This document shows positions 25,341 through 28,781 of a stretch of 28,781 nucleotides of DNA, piece by piece. This DNA is from an uncultured Candidatus Saccharibacteria bacterium (GTDB lineage Bacteria; Patescibacteriota; Minisyncoccia; Phycocordibacterales; UBA5272), in assembly GCA_964453485.1 (NCBI GenBank), contig CAYVOJ010000002.1, forward strand, positions 1-28,781, read 5' to 3'. Position numbers and translations under genes: made by a program. The notes beneath the pieces are model-generated. The model saw nothing but the letters and a program-made list of their open reading frames with translations, was not told the DNA's origin and did not search any database. Numbering within the stretch: the stretch's first letter is position 1; every line of letters begins with the position of its first letter.

Positions 25341-25376
25341 AAAAACAAAAATCGCCTCAGGCGATTTTTTGTTTTC
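25341..25376. terminator. Intrinsic terminator after rpsI
   Basis: aaaacaaaaatcgcc-tca-ggcgattttttgtttt. Confidence 0.85.
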
Positions 25377-25514
25377 TTGACATATTTTTTGTAATTTTGT
25401 ATATAGAATAGGTGTGCGAAAAATGCTATACTGTAGATTACGATAGACATGGCTGTAACGACAGAAATTCCGAAAAGAAAATGATTTTATAGGGCCTTGA
25501 ACACAGAAAAACAC

Positions 25515-26111
25515 ATGAATAATGAAGAAAAGAACCTTAACGAAGAAGTAATACTAGAAGACGCTCATGATATCGACGATGTCTCTTTTGAAGAAACTAA
25601 CGAGGAGGGTGAACTTGACGCAAAAGCAACTATTAAAAAGCTGCGTGAGAAAATTAAGAAGCTTGAGTCTGAAAAGCAAGAATATCTAGACCTCTCACAG
25701 CGAACTCGTGCAGACTATGCGAACTTTAAAAAGGAGGTAGATGAAAATCGTGTAGCTGATAGAAAATTCGCAACGAAACGCTTCATAGAAAGTTTGCTTC
25801 CTGTGCTCGATTCATATGACATGGCACAAGGAAATAAAGAAGCGTGGGAGAAGGTAGATCAGAATTGGCGCGTGGGTATCGAATATATTTTCGGACAGCT
25901 ACGTACAGCTCTTGAAAATGAAGGAGTTGTCCAGTACGGAAAACTCGGTGATGCCTTTGATCCAAATCTTCATGAAAGTATGGAACAGATTGCAGTTTCA
26001 AACGAGAATCAAAATGATACAATTGTACGCATTCTCCAGAACGGTTATAAAATGAATGATACGATATTACGACCAGCCCGTGTACATGTAGGACACTTTG
26101 AAAAGAATTGA
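25515..26111 (+). CDS. grpE: Nucleotide exchange factor GrpE
   Basis: RADYANFKK, LLPVLDSY, FDPNLHESM, ILQNGYKMNDTILRPARV. ATG 25515 preferred over TTG 25497. Confidence 0.95.
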   Translation: MNNEEKNLNEEVILEDAHDIDDVSFEETNEEGELDAKATIKKLREKIKKLESEKQEYLDLSQRTRADYANFKKEVDENRVADRKFATKRFIESLLPVLDSYDMAQGNKEAWEKVDQNWRVGIEYIFGQLRTALENEGVVQYGKLGDAFDPNLHESMEQIAVSNENQNDTIVRILQNGYKMNDTILRPARVHVGHFEKN

Positions 26112-26114
26112 ATG

Positions 26115-26149
26115 TAACTACTTACTAATTACTACTAACTACTTACTAT
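26115..26149 (+). repeat. Degenerate heptamer array (CTA every 7 nt, 5 units)
   Basis: taactac ttactaa ttactac taactac ttactat in the grpE-dnaK spacer. Confidence 0.8.
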
Positions 26150-26158
26150 CTAAAAACT

Positions 26159-28045
26159 ATGGCTAAAATAATTGGAATCGATCTTGGAACAACAAACTCA
26201 GCTGTCGCTATTATCGAAGCTGGACAGCCAAAGATTATCGAAAACCTAGAAGGTAATCGCACGACACCATCTATTGTGTCAGTGAACAAAAATGGTGAAC
26301 GTTCTGTCGGACAAATTGCAAAGCGTCAGGCGGTAACAAATCCAGAAAACACAGTTTATGGCGTGAAGCGCTTTATGGGTCACTCATTTTCTGATAAAGA
26401 AGTTCAGTCAGATATTCCGCGTGTTGCATATAAAATTAAAAGCTCTGATAACGGAGGTGTGCTTATCACACTTGGTGGTAAGGATTCTCGTCCAGAAGAA
26501 ATCTCTGCAATGATTCTTCAGAAAATTAAAGCTGATGTCGAAGCAAAGACGGGGGAGACAGTTACTCAGGCAGTTATTACGGTCCCTGCATACTTTAATG
26601 ACACACAGCGTCAAGCGACAATAGATGCTGGTAAAATCGCAGGCCTTGAAGTAATGCGTATTATTCCAGAACCAACAGCTGCAGCTCTTGCATACGGATT
26701 TAACTCTACAAAGAATGAGAAGATCGCGGTGTATGACTTTGGTGGAGGAACATTTGATATCTCAATTCTCGAAGTGGGCGATGGTGTTGTAGAAGTAAAG
26801 TCAGTAGATGGTGATTCTCATTTAGGAGGTCGTGATATTGATCAGAAATTTGTTCGCTACATTGCGGATGAGTTTAAGAAAGATCAGGGTATCGATGTAA
26901 CCACTGATCCACTTGCACTTCAGCGTCTTGATGAAGCTGCTGAAAAAGCAAAGCATGAGCTTTCTACTCAAATGGAGACTGAAATTAACATTCCATTTAT
27001 CACTTCAGGTGCTGATGGACCGAAGCACTTACTCATCAAAGTTACTCGTGCGAAGCTTGAAGAAATAGCGAAGGAGTTTGTTGATCGCTCTATCGAAATC
27101 ACACAGCGCGCACTCGCTAGTTCTCCATTTAAGAAAGAAGAGATTAATGAAATCATTATGGTGGGAGGTCAGACTCGTATGCCGATGATTGTTGACGCAG
27201 TGAAGGCGCTTTTTGGAAAGGAACCAAACCGTTCGATTAATCCAGATGAAGTAGTAGCACTTGGTGCAGCGGTACAGGCCGGAGTACTTCAAGGAGATGT
27301 GAAGGATGTTCTTCTCTTAGACGTGATCCCGCTTTCTCTCGGTATTGAAACTATGGGAGGAGTTGCAACTAAGCTCGTGGAAAAAAATATGACAATTCCA
27401 ACATCTAAGTCACAGATTTTCTCAACGGCAGCAGATAATCAGACATCTGTTGAAATTCACATCACGCAAGGTGAGCGACCTCTTGCAGCTGATAATAAGT
27501 CACTAGGTAGATTCATTCTCGACGGTATTCCACCAGCACCGCGTGGTATTCCACAAGTGGAAGTTACCTTTGATGTGAACGCAAACGGAATTCTTGAAGT
27601 AAAAGCAAAAGACAAGACTTCAGGAAAAGAGCAGTCTATTCGTATTGAAGCATCAAGTGGACTTTCAGACGAAGATATCAAGCGTATGCAGCAGGATGCT
27701 GAAGCTCATGCTGATGAAGATAAGAAGAAGATGGAATTAATAGAAACAAAGAACATGGCGGACTCACTAGTGCATACTGCAGAGAAATCTCTTAAGGATG
27801 CTGAAGGAAAAATTAGTGATGATATCAAGAAAGAAGTTGCTGAAAAAATCGAACTTCTAAAAACTGCACGTAACGGAGAAGATAAAGATGCCATAACAGC
27901 AGCATCAGATGCTCTTTCGCAATCACTGATGAAAATTGGTGAAGCGATGAAGACCGCTAATGACCAAGCTGGTGCGACAGACAATGGACAACAAGGTGCA
28001 GATGCTGAGTCTGCAGAAAATAAGACAGAAGAGCCAAAAGCTTAG
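26159..28045 (+). CDS. dnaK: Chaperone DnaK (Hsp70)
   Basis: [71 protein letters not shown]. Confidence 0.99.
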   Translation: MAKIIGIDLGTTNSAVAIIEAGQPKIIENLEGNRTTPSIVSVNKNGERSVGQIAKRQAVTNPENTVYGVKRFMGHSFSDKEVQSDIPRVAYKIKSSDNGGVLITLGGKDSRPEEISAMILQKIKADVEAKTGETVTQAVITVPAYFNDTQRQATIDAGKIAGLEVMRIIPEPTAAALAYGFNSTKNEKIAVYDFGGGTFDISILEVGDGVVEVKSVDGDSHLGGRDIDQKFVRYIADEFKKDQGIDVTTDPLALQRLDEAAEKAKHELSTQMETEINIPFITSGADGPKHLLIKVTRAKLEEIAKEFVDRSIEITQRALASSPFKKEEINEIIMVGGQTRMPMIVDAVKALFGKEPNRSINPDEVVALGAAVQAGVLQGDVKDVLLLDVIPLSLGIETMGGVATKLVEKNMTIPTSKSQIFSTAADNQTSVEIHITQGERPLAADNKSLGRFILDGIPPAPRGIPQVEVTFDVNANGILEVKAKDKTSGKEQSIRIEASSGLSDEDIKRMQQDAEAHADEDKKKMELIETKNMADSLVHTAEKSLKDAEGKISDDIKKEVAEKIELLKTARNGEDKDAITAASDALSQSLMKIGEAMKTANDQAGATDNGQQGADAESAENKTEEPKA

Positions 28046-28050
28046 TGGTT

Positions 28051-28079
28051 TTGCAGACATATAACGTGCGTGGTATAAC
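28051..28079 (+). promoter_or_regulatory. Sigma70-type promoter of dnaJ
   Basis: TTGCAG-N17-TATAAC with TG extension, 12 nt before the ATG. Confidence 0.55.
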
Positions 28080-28091
28080 ATATCTAGTATT

Positions 28092-28781
28092 ATGGCAAAA
28101 AATTATTACGACGTTTTAGGAGTTGAAAAAAGCGCAGCAAAAGACGACATTAAAAAGGCGTTCTATAAACTTGCCGCAAAATATCATCCAGATAAGAAAG
28201 GGGGAGATGAGTCGAAGTTTAAAGAAGTAAACGAGGCGTACCAGGTTCTCTCTGACGAGAAAAAACGAAGAGAATATGATACCTATGGACAGACCTTTAA
28301 TGGTCAAGGTCCACAAGGTGGTGGTTTCGGAGCTGGTTTTGGCGGCTTCAACGCATCAGATATTCAATTTGATTTTGGTGACCTTGGAGATATTTTCGGA
28401 GATATGTTTGGTGGGGCAGGGTTTGGTGGTGGTGCGCAGCAAAAGCGAGGGCGTGATATTTCACTTGAAATTGATGTTACTTTTAAAGAATCAATTTTTG
28501 GAACTGAACGAAACGTACTCATAAACAAGGTGGGAACATGTAAAACCTGTGACGGTAGTGGGGCAAAGAAGGGCACAAGTATGACTACGTGTACTACCTG
28601 TAATGGCCAAGGAAAAGTACATGATACAAAGCGTACCTTCATGGGAACATTTCAAACAGTAAAGACTTGTGAAATATGTCATGGAAAAGGTCAGGTTCCA
28701 AAAGAGAAATGTTCTGACTGTCATGGTAATGGTGTAAAGTCTATGCGTGAAGAAATTCATATTCAGGTACCAGCAGGAATC
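28092..28781 (+). CDS. dnaJ: Chaperone DnaJ (3' partial, not in the ORF track)
   Basis: Hand translation [15 protein letters not shown]...[25 protein letters not shown], then a G/F region and four CxxCxGxG repeats. Runs off the window end. Confidence 0.98.
   Translation, partial: MAKNYYDVLGVEKSAAKDDIKKAFYKLAAKYHPDKKGGDESKFKEVNEAYQVLSDEKKRREYDTYGQTFNGQGPQGGGFGAGFGGFNASDIQFDFGDLGDIFGDMFGGAGFGGGAQQKRGRDISLEIDVTFKESIFGTERNVLINKVGTCKTCDGSGAKKGTSMTTCTTCNGQGKVHDTKRTFMGTFQTVKTCEICHGKGQVPKEKCSDCHGNGVKSMREEIHIQVPAGI

Noticed and set aside
25449-25484. 11-codon upstream ORF MAVTTEIPKRK before grpE
   Set aside because: Too short to tell from chance, with no attenuator structure or homology evidence.
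26115-26149. CRISPR or minisatellite reading of the heptamer arrays
   Set aside because: Units are 7 nt and degenerate, with no 23-47 nt repeats, spacers or cas genes.
28310-28440. Gly/Phe-rich low-complexity repeat
   Set aside because: This is the normal G/F linker of DnaJ.
319-28760. Many 60-143 aa antisense or alternate-frame ORFs in the track (e.g. 5123..5380, 6786..7094, 9518..9838, 20752..21183, 23869..24171, 28364..28642)
   Set aside because: They lie within well-supported genes, show no recognisable motifs or start signals, and are expected shadows of coding sequence.
1-28781. Alternative genetic code (UGA=Gly, code 25) as in Gracilibacteria/Absconditabacteria
   Set aside because: Conserved genes are full length under code 11, and TGA ends several at expected positions (phr, grpE, rsmH).
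1-28781. tRNA, rRNA, tmRNA or known riboswitch
   Set aside because: No T-loop/cloverleaf or conserved rRNA or riboswitch signature was seen in the intergenic regions. A covariance-model search was not possible.
1-28781. Near-total + strand gene orientation
   Set aside because: Ordinary co-orientation of core genes, presumably with replication. Not distinctive alone.

Overview
A 28.8 kb chromosomal window of mostly core genes, read in genetic code 11. All supported CDSs but one are on the + strand. Gene order and protein signatures point to Patescibacteria/CPR, most likely Parcubacteria (inference): short uL13, AlaRS without C-Ala, PBP2 with an 'EIDPEDVFLDS' N-terminus, a membrane-anchored baseplate-J-like protein after alaS, and almost no Shine-Dalgarno sites. 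Order: mreC (5' partial), small 2-TM ORF, mrdA, greA, lysS, stand-alone ClpA N-domain, mraZ-rsmH-ftsL-ftsI, class II photolyase, SAM methyltransferase, DsbA, small hypothetical, minus-strand orphan, ychF, ECF sigma/anti-sigma-like/secreted protein, stand-alone receiver domain, alaS, FtsA-like fragment plus baseplate-J-like protein, infA-rpmJ-rpsM-rpsK-rpsD-rpoA-rplQ-rplM-rpsI, grpE-dnaK-dnaJ (3' partial). I saw no rRNA, tRNA, CRISPR array or transposase. The most unexplained signal is non-coding, and suggests three translation-start classes. (i) Many genes have a -10 box 6-16 nt before the ATG (leaderless or near-leaderless). (ii) Several leadered core genes have 7-nt-periodic CTA ladders, often phased so that the last CTA is the CT-A of CT-ATG. 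(iii) Only three accessory-looking genes carry AAAGG SD-like motifs. One of these is a proteobacterial-type ClpA N-domain lacking the AAA+ modules and two ClpS-contact residues. Several unusually long intergenic palindromes (20-29 bp arms) are also present. All homology calls come from motif recognition and memory, not database searches.
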